64,000 nucleotides of DNA from contig JBGPSD010000001.1 in assembly GCA_041489925.1 (NCBI GenBank), forward strand, positions 102,414-166,413, read 5' to 3'. Source of the stretch: Candidatus Nanoarchaeia archaeon (GTDB taxonomy: Archaea > Nanobdellota > Nanobdellia > Woesearchaeales > ARS49). Positions 17,381 to 26,713 of the stretch are shown here, in pieces. Position numbers and translations under genes: made by a program. Within the stretch, counting starts at the first letter, position 1. Each line of letters begins with the position of its first letter. The notes under the pieces were generated by a model, which was given only the letters and a program-made list of their open reading frames with translations, had not been told where the DNA came from and made no database searches.

Positions 17381-18682
17381 ATGGCTAAGCCAGGAGACAG
17401 GGTTAAGGTCGTGACTCAGGAAGAAGGCATCGAGGGAGTTTTGATGCCAGAAGAGAAAGAGTTTGTAATGCTCAAGCTAGACACTGGCTATAATATGGGA
17501 ATTGACAAGAAAAGAGTCAGGGAAATAATTCTCATCAAGGAGCACAAGGGAAAAGAGCTTGAAGCGCCAAAGGCAGAGCAAAAGAAAGGCCTGCCCACAA
17601 TCGCAATACTGCATACAGGTGGAACAATCGCGAGCAAGGTTGACTATGAGACAGGAGGAGTCATCTCAAAGTTCAAGCCAGAGGAAATGCTTGAAATGTT
17701 CCCAGAGCTCAAAGAGATTGCAAACATCAGAAGCAGGCTCATAAGGCAGATGTTCTCAGAAGACATGAGGTTTGCACATTACAATATACTCGCAAAAGAG
17801 ATTGAGAAAGAAATCAAAGAAGGTGTTGACGGAATAATCGTAACGCACGGCACAGACACGCTTCATTACACAGGAGCTGCGCTGAGCTTTATGCTCCAAA
17901 ACCTCGGAGTGCCTGTTATTCTTGTCGGAGCGCAAAGAAGCTCTGACAGGGGAAGCACAGACGCTGCCCTGAACCTGATTGCAGCAGCATTCTTCATCAC
18001 AGCAAGCAAGGATTTCGCTGAAGTCGCGCTTTGCATGCATGAAAACATAAGCGATGAATGGTGCGACATACTGCCAGGAACAAAAAGCAGGAAAATGCAC
18101 AGCTCAAGACGCGATGCTTTCCAGTCAATAAACGTAACGCCGTGGGCAAGAGTCAATGTCAAGGAGAAAAAAGTTGATTTGATGCGCACAGGCTACAGAA
18201 AAAGGGCAAAAACAACTGTTGGAGTGCGCCTGTTCAAGGAAAATATCAAAGTTGGCTTCCTGAAATCGCACCCAAACCTCACTGCACAGGAAATTGAGTT
18301 CTACAAAGGCTTTGACGGGCTTGTTTTGGAAGGAACAGGCTTCGGCCACCTGCCAATAAATGAGATTGACGCTGAGACAAAAGAGCACACAAAAATTGCA
18401 GACGCTGTCAAAAAGCTAATTCAGGCAGGAACAATAGTGGCAGCAGCAACACAGACAATCTCAGGAGGGGTCAATCTCAATGTTTACTCAACAGGCAGGA
18501 AGATGCAGGAGCTTGGAATCATAGGCAATCTTACAGACATGACTCCTGAGACTGCGTTTATCAAGCTCGCGTGGCTGCTCAGCAATGAAACAAAGGAAAA
18601 GGCAAAGGAAATGTACTCAAAGAACATTTGCGGCGAGATAAGCGCAAGGCTTGAAAACATTGAGCAGAAGAAATTCCAATGA
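17381..18682 (+). CDS. gatD: Glu-tRNA(Gln) amidotransferase subunit D
   Basis: 433 aa. N-terminal GatD domain plus an asparaginase-like core (ILHTGGTIASKVDYETGGV; THGTDTL). Immediately upstream of gatE. Confidence 0.92.
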   Translation: MAKPGDRVKVVTQEEGIEGVLMPEEKEFVMLKLDTGYNMGIDKKRVREIILIKEHKGKELEAPKAEQKKGLPTIAILHTGGTIASKVDYETGGVISKFKPEEMLEMFPELKEIANIRSRLIRQMFSEDMRFAHYNILAKEIEKEIKEGVDGIIVTHGTDTLHYTGAALSFMLQNLGVPVILVGAQRSSDRGSTDAALNLIAAAFFITASKDFAEVALCMHENISDEWCDILPGTKSRKMHSSRRDAFQSINVTPWARVNVKEKKVDLMRTGYRKRAKTTVGVRLFKENIKVGFLKSHPNLTAQEIEFYKGFDGLVLEGTGFGHLPINEIDAETKEHTKIADAVKKLIQAGTIVAAATQTISGGVNLNVYSTGRKMQELGIIGNLTDMTPETAFIKLAWLLSNETKEKAKEMYSKNICGEISARLENIEQKKFQ

Positions 18683-18700
18683 GGGGTTGGCCATCAACTG

Positions 18701-20542
18701 ATGCTTATGGCGGAAATTAACTACGAACAGCTCGGCTTGAAATGCGGGATTGAAATTCACCAGCAGCTTGAGGGAAAAAAACTGTTCTGCGGCTGCCCGA
18801 CACTTATGCGGGAGGACGAGCCGCACTTCACAGCAATAAGAAGCCTAAGAGCTGCAGCAGGAGAGTCAGGACAGGTTGACATCGCGGCATTACAGGAAAT
18901 GAAAAAAGGAAGGCGCTATGTCTATCACGGCTATCAGGACACAACCTGCCTTGTTGAGCTTGACGAAAGCCCGCCTGAAAGGATAAATCCTGACGCATTC
19001 AGCACAGCACTGCAGGTTTGCAAGATTCTCAAAGCAAATATTGTTGACTGCGTGCAATTCATGCGCAAGACAGTTGTTGACGGAAGCAACACAGCAGGAT
19101 TCCAAAGGACAGCGCTTATTGCAAGAAATGGAGTCCTTGAAAGCTCACTAGGACCGATTGGCATTCCGATAATCTGCCTTGAAGAGGACTCGTGCAGGCC
19201 TGTGAGCGAAAGCAACACAGAAGTTGTTTACTCGCTTGACCGCTTGGGCATCCCGCTGATGGAAATAGGCTCAAGCCCTGACATCAAAAGCCCTGAACAA
19301 TGCAAGGAAGTGTGCGAAAAAATCGGATTAATACTAAGAAGCGCAGGAAAAGCAAAGCGCGGCATAGGCACAATCAGGCAGGATGTCAATGTCAGCATAA
19401 AAAAAGGAAACAGGATTGAAGTCAAAGGGGTTCAGGACCTGAAATTAATACCATTGATTGTGGAGCGCGAGGCAATAAGGCAGAAAAACCTTGTTGAAAT
19501 AAAGGAAGAGCTTGAAAAACGCAGGGCAAAGAAGTTCCCAGGGCAGATAAAGGATGTCACAAATGTCATAAAGAGTTCTGGTGCAAAAGTAATCTGCAAA
19601 GCCATAGAGGCAAACGGGATTATTCTCGGAATAATGCTGCCTGGCTTTGCAAGGCTTGTTGGAAAAGAGATACAGCCAGGGCGCAGATTGGGAACAGAAT
19701 TTTCAGACCGCGCAAAAGTAATCGCAGGTGTTGGCGGAATATTCCATTCAGATGAGCTTCCAAACTACGGAATTACTGACCGCGAAGTTGAATTCATTAA
19801 GCAAGAGCTCGGCTGCCTTGAGAATGACGCTTTTGTGATTGTGGCTGACTCTGCTGAGCGCTCAAAGAAAGCCCTTGAGGCGGTTATTGAGCGCGCAAAT
19901 GAGGCAATTGACGGCGTGCCTTGCGAGGTCAGGGGTGCAAAAGATGACGGAAACACCACATACCAGCGCCCAATGCCTGGAGCGGCGAGGATGTATCCCG
20001 AGACAGACATTCCAAGGACAATAGTCACAAAACAGATTCTTGAATCAATCAAAATGCCTGAGCTTATTGAGGACAAGACAAAGCGCTTTGAGAAAATGGG
20101 CATTGGAAAAGACCTTGCAGAACTCACAGCAAGGTCTGAACGCGCTGACTTGTTTGACAAATTCGTAACAGATTTCCTTGAACTCAAGCCAGCTTACATC
20201 GCAGAATTGCTTATGACCGGCGCAAAGACAATCAAGCGCAACTTTAATGTTAACATAAACCCTTCAGAGCAGGACTTCCTGGAGCTTTTCGCAGCGCTTT
20301 CAGCAGGGCAGGTGTCAAAAGAGTCTGTCCTTGAAATCCTGAAGGAAAACCAGCCTGTCTGCGAAGTGCTGCCCAAGTATCAGAACATGTCTGACACAGA
20401 CCTCAGGGCGGCATTGAAGAAAATAATCCAGGAAAACAAGGGAATGCCGTATAATGCGCTTATCGGAGCAGCCATGAAGAATCTAAGGGGTAAGGCTCCT
20501 GGAGAGAAGATTGCGCAGTTCCTGAAGGCTCTTTCTTCTTAA
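18701..20542 (+). CDS. gatE: Glu-tRNA(Gln) amidotransferase subunit E
   Basis: 613 aa. GLKCGIEIHQQL start motif, a GatB/E catalytic core, an insertion domain and a C-terminal GatB/YqeY-like tail. Confidence 0.92.
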   Translation: MLMAEINYEQLGLKCGIEIHQQLEGKKLFCGCPTLMREDEPHFTAIRSLRAAAGESGQVDIAALQEMKKGRRYVYHGYQDTTCLVELDESPPERINPDAFSTALQVCKILKANIVDCVQFMRKTVVDGSNTAGFQRTALIARNGVLESSLGPIGIPIICLEEDSCRPVSESNTEVVYSLDRLGIPLMEIGSSPDIKSPEQCKEVCEKIGLILRSAGKAKRGIGTIRQDVNVSIKKGNRIEVKGVQDLKLIPLIVEREAIRQKNLVEIKEELEKRRAKKFPGQIKDVTNVIKSSGAKVICKAIEANGIILGIMLPGFARLVGKEIQPGRRLGTEFSDRAKVIAGVGGIFHSDELPNYGITDREVEFIKQELGCLENDAFVIVADSAERSKKALEAVIERANEAIDGVPCEVRGAKDDGNTTYQRPMPGAARMYPETDIPRTIVTKQILESIKMPELIEDKTKRFEKMGIGKDLAELTARSERADLFDKFVTDFLELKPAYIAELLMTGAKTIKRNFNVNINPSEQDFLELFAALSAGQVSKESVLEILKENQPVCEVLPKYQNMSDTDLRAALKKIIQENKGMPYNALIGAAMKNLRGKAPGEKIAQFLKALSS

Positions 20543-21173
20543 TCAGGAAATGAATTAGGCTCATGAAAATAACCGCAGCGATTGTGCCGAATGCATTATA
20601 CGCGAGGTCAAGCTCTGTATTCAAATAACCCCCTCCCTGCTCTATGATTGCCCGCGCTTGCGCATCAGTAACTGCTTCTGCATCACCGCCGCCTGCGCCG
20701 CCAAACCAAAGCCCGCCTTCCCCATAACCCAGCGATAGGAAGCCTGCGAACTCAATATTCTCAATAACCGAGCCAATTCCAAACCCTGCCAAAAGCAGGA
20801 ACATAATCACAGACCAAGTCTTAACAGTCCAGAAGCGCTTTGCCATCCAGGGACGCGCGAAATTGTAAAGGAACATTGTGAACGCAAACAGCGGGAAAAA
20901 GTGCGTGATGTGGTCCCACTGGATAAACAACGGCGAATTACTATACCACCCAAAGACACCGCACATGTGCAGGCAAAGCGCGAGCACAAGCGAGGCATAA
21001 ACAGGAGTGTTCAGGCGCCAGAAATTAAACGTGAAATACAAAAACAGGATAAATGCAGTGAAGAACGCAGCATCAGGCCAGTAATACTTAAGCGTGCCTT
21101 CAGTCCAGCCGATGCCAAGAAATACTGCGTAAATCAGTACTGCAAGGATTGCCACTATAGTCTTCTGCTGCAT
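20460..21173 (-). CDS. polytopic membrane protein, unknown function
   Basis: 237 aa with about 6 hydrophobic segments and a Gly-rich loop (GGLWFGGAGGGD). The 3' end overlaps the gatE 3' end by 83 nt, so the true stop or frame at the C-terminus is uncertain. Confidence 0.5.
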   Translation of the reverse strand: MQQKTIVAILAVLIYAVFLGIGWTEGTLKYYWPDAAFFTAFILFLYFTFNFWRLNTPVYASLVLALCLHMCGVFGWYSNSPLFIQWDHITHFFPLFAFTMFLYNFARPWMAKRFWTVKTWSVIMFLLLAGFGIGSVIENIEFAGFLSLGYGEGGLWFGGAGGGDAEAVTDAQARAIIEQGGGYLNTELDLAYNAFGTIAAVIFMSLIHFLIKKKEPSGTAQSSLQEPYPLDSSWLLR

Positions 21174-21232
21174 GTAACAAACACAAGAAGACCTTTTTTA
21201 AAGGTTAGGGCTCATAGAAGTGTTAGCATGTT

Positions 21233-22273
21233 CTATTCTGTGACATTGTGCAGCACCTTCTCAATGGTCGTGAATAACGACTGAAGGTGCCACAAGGGGC
21301 GCTTTTTCAAAGCTTGGCGTTGCCGGTGCAGCCCTGCGAGGAATTTCCTGATGACTCCTGCCGTAGCCTCGTGCGCCATCACCCCATAGCCGAGCTTTTC
21401 CAGATAGTGCGCGTTGATAATCTGCTCGCATTGCCTGATGACTGGCACAGAGAGCACAGGCTTGCGCAAATAGACAGCCTCGCTCAGCAGCGAGAAGCCG
21501 CCGTTTGCGATGACTGCCTTTGCTGAGACAAGGTCGCTGAAAAATCCGTGCTCGCTGAAACGCTTGAACAGCAGGTTGGCATTCTGACCCTCGCGCGGGA
21601 AGCCGTAGACGATGAACTGCTGCTTCGGGAAGCGCTTGAGCGTATCCAGCAGCCGCAGGTTTGTCTGGGAAGTCTGATAGACCAGCACGTACCCTTTGTC
21701 AGTCGGCTTCCTGCCTGCGATTTCCGGCCGAATGACCGGGTTGACGTACTTCGCCCGCGGGTCCTTGAGCGGCGGGAAGAAGAACGACGGGATGATTGTG
21801 GCGCGCGCACTCGGGATGAAGAACATCGTGACCAGCCACGCCTTGATAAAATCAGCCCGGTGATGCCGCGGCAGGCTGAGCTTCGCGCACGTGATGACGT
21901 TCTCGTTGTCAATACTCACGACTGGAACGCCGGTGAGCAGCGCAGTCCAGCAGCTCCATGGTTCGTAGTCTGTCACGAGGACGTCCGGGCGCTGGAAGAG
22001 CATAATGAAAAGCATCTTCAGGAATGAAACAACATAGAGCGGCAGGCGGACAATGTTCAGCAGCACAGTCCTGCCTTCCATCACAGCATTATTGCGGTAG
22101 ACAATGTGCATGCTCCCAAGCCAGGACACGTTGAAAAAGCGGCGCAGATACGGCAATGCCTTGCCTCCTGCGAACACCCTGACGTTGTGCTTCTTCGCGA
22201 GGTGCGCAATAATGGGCCTGCTGCGCGTCGCGTGCCCCATTCCTTCTCCTGCGATGGCATAGACAATATTCAT
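21233..22273 (-). CDS. glycosyltransferase (GT-B fold, MurG/MGT-like; MJ1255-type)
   Basis: The MNIVYAIAGEGMGHATRSRPI N-terminal motif and the C-terminal AVIANGGFSLLSEAVYLRKPVLSVP are typical of GT28/GT1-like enzymes. Start set at the ATG 22273. Markedly GC-richer than its neighbours. Confidence 0.75.
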   Translation of the reverse strand: MNIVYAIAGEGMGHATRSRPIIAHLAKKHNVRVFAGGKALPYLRRFFNVSWLGSMHIVYRNNAVMEGRTVLLNIVRLPLYVVSFLKMLFIMLFQRPDVLVTDYEPWSCWTALLTGVPVVSIDNENVITCAKLSLPRHHRADFIKAWLVTMFFIPSARATIIPSFFFPPLKDPRAKYVNPVIRPEIAGRKPTDKGYVLVYQTSQTNLRLLDTLKRFPKQQFIVYGFPREGQNANLLFKRFSEHGFFSDLVSAKAVIANGGFSLLSEAVYLRKPVLSVPVIRQCEQIINAHYLEKLGYGVMAHEATAGVIRKFLAGLHRQRQALKKRPLWHLQSLFTTIEKVLHNVTE

Positions 22274-23346
22274 AGGAGCACCCTTAGGTTTGCAACCCAC
22301 AGCATGCCTTCGTCGCAGGCATAGAACAGCGTCTTGTACGGCTTTCTTCCGTCAGGGGAATAGACCTCAAGGAAAGTTTTGTAGTTCTCAACAAGGTTTT
22401 TGTACGAATTAATGTCCTCGCTTGCCCTTGATTTGTCAATCTGGCTGAGAAGTTGGATGTAAAGCAGGCCCATATGCGCCCAGATTGTGTTGCCTTCATA
22501 GTTTCGGGCAAACAGTTTTTGCGGCAAAACATCAGGAGAAAGCCTAAAAGAGGTGTATTTCAGGGGGAAAGGATGGTCAAGCCCTGCCTCCTGAAGTGAA
22601 ACAAAAGCTTTTTGCATTATTTTTTTATCTGTTATCACACCAGTCCAGAAAGGAAACACCTGTGCATCGCCTGCAACATAATCCTTGCCGCTTAAATCAT
22701 CCAAGAAATAACTGCCAGTCCAGTACTGCTTCATCAGGATTTTCTTTGCATCAGGAAGGCTGTGCCTGATTCCCGCCGTTCTAAGTTCTTTTGCAAGCAT
22801 CCCGACCATGCAAGTGTCATAACAGCTGCAGTGGCGGTAAAAGCCATCCTTCATCGACGAGAATTTTTTGTCGCAAACAAGCCCGGTTTCAGGGTCTATA
22901 ACCCTTGATTCATACCGCTTTGCCTGTGCCTGCAGGAAAGTTTTGTGCTTTTTTACCAGCGATTTTGCATTGGCGGCGTTAAGCGCGTGCATAAGGAAAG
23001 GGAATGAGTCAGGGGAAAAGCAGGGAAAATTAAACGGCTTTCCAGAGGGTGAAATTGTTGTTGCAATTCCTCCTGCCCTTGAGAATTTTTCAAGCGCATA
23101 ATCAAGTGTCTTCAGGACTTCCTTCCTGTAGCCGAGCTTCAAAAGCGAATCAGCGCACCATCCAAAATCCCTTGTCCAGAACTCTGCGAAATGCCCTGTG
23201 CTTGCCTGGAAATATTCTCCATTCCAGCACTCATTGACAATCTGCTCGCAAATTTGTTTTGCCTCTCCTGCATATTTGTGAAAGCCCAGAATACGCACTC
23301 CTGCAGCACGGCCAAACATCCTTAGCCCTTCGAGGAATAGCGGCAT
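22270..23346 (-). CDS. six-hairpin (alpha/alpha)6 glycosidase-like protein
   Basis: 358 aa. FWTRDFGW and a periodic aromatic/acidic helical pattern resemble GH63/GH15/debranching-enzyme C-terminal barrels. Its stop overlaps the downstream glycosyltransferase start (22273) by 4 nt. Its ATG lies 3 nt after the tRNA-Arg 3' end. Confidence 0.55.
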   Translation of the reverse strand: MPLFLEGLRMFGRAAGVRILGFHKYAGEAKQICEQIVNECWNGEYFQASTGHFAEFWTRDFGWCADSLLKLGYRKEVLKTLDYALEKFSRAGGIATTISPSGKPFNFPCFSPDSFPFLMHALNAANAKSLVKKHKTFLQAQAKRYESRVIDPETGLVCDKKFSSMKDGFYRHCSCYDTCMVGMLAKELRTAGIRHSLPDAKKILMKQYWTGSYFLDDLSGKDYVAGDAQVFPFWTGVITDKKIMQKAFVSLQEAGLDHPFPLKYTSFRLSPDVLPQKLFARNYEGNTIWAHMGLLYIQLLSQIDKSRASEDINSYKNLVENYKTFLEVYSPDGRKPYKTLFYACDEGMLWVANLRVLL

Positions 23347-23349
23347 AGA

Positions 23350-23424
23350 CGCGCCCGGGAGGATTTGAACCCCCGATCTTTTGGTTAGGAACCAACCGCT
23401 CTGTCCAAGCTGAGCTACGGGCGC
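23350..23424 (-). tRNA. tRNA-Arg (CCT)
   Basis: Acceptor GCGCCCG/CGGGCGC, D-arm GCTC-AGCTTGGACA-GAGC, anticodon loop TTCCTAA, T-arm GGGGG-TTCAAAT-CCTCC, discriminator G. There is one 27:43 G-A mismatch. Confidence 0.85.
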
Positions 23425-23448
23425 AACAGTGGATTTCTCATTCGGAGG

Positions 23449-23458
23449 CTATATAAAG
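23449..23458. promoter_or_regulatory. shared, possibly bidirectional TATA box (CTATATAAAG)
   Basis: Centre is about 29 nt from the tRNA-Arg 5' end (23424, minus strand) and about 27 nt from the truD ATG (23480, plus strand). Confidence 0.5.
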
Positions 23459-23479
23459 ATTGCTCTATAATCCAGTAGT

Positions 23480-24421
23480 ATGAAGCTGAAACAAACTCCT
23501 GAAGACTTCATTGTAAGGGAAATAAGCTCAATAGAGCCGGGAAAGGAAGGCGAATACACGTATTTCCTGCTGAAAAAGCGAAATTACACAACGCTAAAGG
23601 CAATGCAGGCAATTGCTAATGACCTCCACACCCAGCTGAAGCACATTGGGTGCGCAGGAAACAAGGACAAGACTGCTGTAACAGAGCAGGTTTGCTCTGT
23701 CACATCTGATTCCCCTTACTCTTTGGAAAAAATTTCCATAAATGACATTGAAATAAAACCGATTGGAAAAGGAAACAAGCCAGTCAGCCTCGGCGACCTG
23801 AAAGGAAACGAGTTTGAAATTGTTGTCAGGGATATTGAAAAGCTTCCTGCGGCAAAAAACAGGTTTGTCAACCTATTCGGGGAGCAAAGGTTCAGCACAA
23901 ACAATGCCGCAATCGGAAAGGCGCTTGTAAAACGGGATTTCAAGCAGGCTGTTGCCCTGATTCTTATCACAAAAAGCATGGCGGCAATAAAAATCCATGA
24001 AATTCTTACGCTGGAGCCCAAGAACTACCTTGGCGCACTTAAGAAAACCCCCCTGCGCCTGCTGAAGCTTTATGTCCACGCTTATCAGTCATTATTGTGG
24101 AACGAGCTCGCGAAAAAGCACGCTGACACTCATAATGAAAACACAAAACTGCCAATTATCGGCTTTGGAACTGTCCCTGACAGGCAGCTTGATGAAATCC
24201 TGAAGCGCGAGGGCATTTCAACAAGGGATTTTGTCATAAAGGAATTCCCTGAACTCAGCTCCGAAGGCACAGAAAGGGATGTTTTTGCAGAGGCTTCTGA
24301 ACTTAAAATCGGCGCGCTTGAGAGTGATGAGCTAAACGAGGGCAAAAAGAAAGCAAGGCTCACATTCAGGCTGCCAAAGGGATGCTATGCGACAGAATTC
24401 GTGAGGCAATTGTTCAGCTGA
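23480..24421 (+). CDS. truD: tRNA pseudouridine synthase TruD/Pus7-type
   Basis: MKLKQTPEDFIVREI N-terminus, an NKDK motif (GCAGNKDKTAVT) and FGEQRF are TruD signatures. Confidence 0.85.
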   Translation: MKLKQTPEDFIVREISSIEPGKEGEYTYFLLKKRNYTTLKAMQAIANDLHTQLKHIGCAGNKDKTAVTEQVCSVTSDSPYSLEKISINDIEIKPIGKGNKPVSLGDLKGNEFEIVVRDIEKLPAAKNRFVNLFGEQRFSTNNAAIGKALVKRDFKQAVALILITKSMAAIKIHEILTLEPKNYLGALKKTPLRLLKLYVHAYQSLLWNELAKKHADTHNENTKLPIIGFGTVPDRQLDEILKREGISTRDFVIKEFPELSSEGTERDVFAEASELKIGALESDELNEGKKKARLTFRLPKGCYATEFVRQLFS

Positions 24422-25022
24422 GAGCCTGCATAATACGCTTGAAGACTTCCTCAACAGTGCCAGTGCCGTCAATCACGTGGACAATTTCCCTTGGCTTGTA
24501 GTATTCCATCAACGGCTCTGTTTCCTCGCGGTAATGCTTAAGGCGCTCTTTGACAATCTCAGGCGTGTCATCCTTGCGCTGGAAAAGTTCTCCGCCGCAT
24601 TCAGCGCACTTCTTCGCATCAGGCCCGAAAACAGCAGAGCACTTCCTGCAGGTCCTTCTTCCTGAAATTCTTTTTACAGAAATATCCTCAGGAATATCAA
24701 CAACGATGACCGCATCAATATCAGTGACGCTGTCGAGGAATTCTGCCTGTTCAAGCTGCCTCGGGTAGCCGTCAATGACAAACCCTTTTTTCGCGTCAGG
24801 CTCTTCAAGGCGGAGCTTTATGATTTTGTCAACCGCTTCAGGGGGCACGAGTTCGCCTTTCATCATTGGCTTCTCGATTATTTTTCCTATTTCTGTCTTT
24901 TTTGCAATATGCTCCCTTAGCAAAGAGCCTGTGTCAATATGCGGGATGCTGAAACGCTTGCTTATGAGGTCTGCCTGTGTGCCCTTGCCAGAACCCTGCG
25001 GGCCCATAATAACTATTTTCAT
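24414..25022 (-). CDS. adk: adenylate kinase (long form with Zn-binding lid)
   Basis: P-loop GPQGSGKGTQ, GFVIDGYPR, and lid C-x2-C ... C-x2-C (CRKCSAVF...CAECGG). Confidence 0.92.
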   Translation of the reverse strand: MKIVIMGPQGSGKGTQADLISKRFSIPHIDTGSLLREHIAKKTEIGKIIEKPMMKGELVPPEAVDKIIKLRLEEPDAKKGFVIDGYPRQLEQAEFLDSVTDIDAVIVVDIPEDISVKRISGRRTCRKCSAVFGPDAKKCAECGGELFQRKDDTPEIVKERLKHYREETEPLMEYYKPREIVHVIDGTGTVEEVFKRIMQALS

Positions 25023-25486
25023 CCGAAATACCCCACAGCATCTTTTTTCGCCATTGGCTTTGGCCAGCTTTCGGCGAGCTTCTGGACAAAAGGCTTCAAT
25101 GCCTGCCTTATCGCAGGGAATTCAGCAGCAGCCCTTGATATTAATGCAGCGTCCTGCGCGTTATCTGCGCTCAAGTCAGCGGCAATTGACGCCCTTAACA
25201 GTGCCATAAGCAACTGAAACTGCTTCAGTACCTCCTGCCTCTCAGACTCTGACAAACAGCGGTACTCAAAAATAGAGCAGAATGAATTCGCGTCAGGCTG
25301 AAGCAACGGGTCAAGGAAATGCGTGATGTTCTCAATGCGCTCGCCAATCTTTTTCCTTATCGCGCCAATCAGCAAAACCGGCTTTTCTATTGTTGATATT
25401 TCAAACTCCCTGTCAAGCAGGCTGAAGTTAGGCAAAGAGAACTTTTTCTTAAGCTCAGCATAGTGGTGCTCTATATCGCTTGGCAT
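25019..25486 (-). CDS. hypothetical protein, translationally coupled to adk
   Basis: 155 aa with no motif. Its stop overlaps the adk start (ATGA, 25019-25022). Confidence 0.5.
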   Translation of the reverse strand: MPSDIEHHYAELKKKFSLPNFSLLDREFEISTIEKPVLLIGAIRKKIGERIENITHFLDPLLQPDANSFCSIFEYRCLSESERQEVLKQFQLLMALLRASIAADLSADNAQDAALISRAAAEFPAIRQALKPFVQKLAESWPKPMAKKDAVGYFG

Positions 25487-25583
25487 AATTGTGCTCTGTG
25501 AGAAGGTGATATTTATGGATTGCGGTCATTAGTCAAGATTTCTTGAGCGAAAATATATAAGCGGCAGGGCTTATTCCATATGC

Positions 25584-26288
25584 ATGCAACAAGCAAGCCT
25601 TGGAAAGGAGGAAAGGGAAAAAATATTCCAGCAGTTCCTCAAGAACAGGCAGTTGAGGTTTTCTGACATTGAGGAAGGCGTTGGCATAAGGTCAAACCAC
25701 CTTGCTTATCACCTTGAACAACTGCAAAAAGACGGCGTAATCAAAAAAGACGGCGAGCTTTACACTCTCACTGACAAAGCAGAGCAGATGATTCCATTCT
25801 TCAACCAGATGACAGGCAAGGAAGTCGGAGTGATGCCTGTTGTGCTTGTGGCAATACAGCACAAGGGAAAAATCTGCCTTTTAAGAAGGGAAAAGCGGCC
25901 ATACAAGGGTTACTGGGGGCTTATCGGAGGAAAGCCGAAATTGCAGGAGTCAATCCCTGAGGCTGCTTTGCGCGAGGCAAAGGAGGAAACGGGGCTTGAA
26001 TGCGAATTTGAGAAGATTAACGCAATAGTGCACGAGCGCGTAAATGAGGAAGGGACAATGAAGCACGCATTCCTTTTGATGCTGACAACTGTAAAGCCAA
26101 AATCTGACAAGTTATGGGAAAGCGAGGAAGGAAAAGTCGCCTGGTTTGACTCAGAAAAGCTTGACAAAAGCACAATCATACCATCAGATTACTGGATGAT
26201 TGAAAACCATTTGAAGAAACAATCCGCAATACCGCACGTTGTTCTTGAGCAAAAAGGAGAGGACGTAATCGGTTTCAAGGTGGAATGA
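25584..26288 (+). CDS. winged-HTH + Nudix hydrolase fusion protein
   Basis: N-terminal ArsR/MarR-like wHTH (FSDIEEGVGIRSNHLAYHLEQLQKDGVIKK), then the Nudix box GGKPKLQESIPEAALREAKEETGL. Confidence 0.8.
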   Translation: MQQASLGKEEREKIFQQFLKNRQLRFSDIEEGVGIRSNHLAYHLEQLQKDGVIKKDGELYTLTDKAEQMIPFFNQMTGKEVGVMPVVLVAIQHKGKICLLRREKRPYKGYWGLIGGKPKLQESIPEAALREAKEETGLECEFEKINAIVHERVNEEGTMKHAFLLMLTTVKPKSDKLWESEEGKVAWFDSEKLDKSTIIPSDYWMIENHLKKQSAIPHVVLEQKGEDVIGFKVE

Positions 26289-26677
26289 TGAGAATAAACA
26301 CAAATCAACCAGACGGCAGGCTGTCCGACGAGCATATTTGCAGCATAGTATGCAACACTGTTTTCACATTCAGGGATGATACTGACCTGACAAACCAGAA
26401 GCTGCTTGATGGAATGCTGGAGTGCAAATACATTGACGGGCTGCAGTACTTCAGGACGTGCACTGAAAAATGGCAGATGCTCAGGCTTGTCAGCGTTACA
26501 AATTATTACATCAAGAACCAGAGTGAATTGTGGCAGTATTTCACAAGAGAACTGCCCCGCGACCAGTTATTGCGGCATGACCGCTCAGGGCCTATAAGCG
26601 ATAGATACCTTGACCTCATCTTCAAGTACACTCCAATAAAAAACTGGTTCAGATCCTGGTGGATTATCAAGGACTAG
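26285..26677 (+). CDS. hypothetical protein
   Basis: 130 aa, 4-nt overlap with the upstream Nudix gene, no motif. Confidence 0.45.
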   Translation: MMRINTNQPDGRLSDEHICSIVCNTVFTFRDDTDLTNQKLLDGMLECKYIDGLQYFRTCTEKWQMLRLVSVTNYYIKNQSELWQYFTRELPRDQLLRHDRSGPISDRYLDLIFKYTPIKNWFRSWWIIKD

Positions 26678-26713
26678 GCAAGCTTTATAAGAATCCGCAG
26701 CCATAAAAAACAG

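Noticed and set aside
20460-20542. 83-nt convergent overlap between the gatE 3' end and the membrane protein 20460..21173, a possible frameshift or pseudogene.
   Set aside because: Both ORFs are otherwise intact and the gatE C-terminus looks normal. The tail of the membrane protein (…KKKEPSGTAQSSLQEPYPLDSSWLLR) is probably read-through beyond its functional end. I cannot tell a sequencing error from a real overlap without reads.
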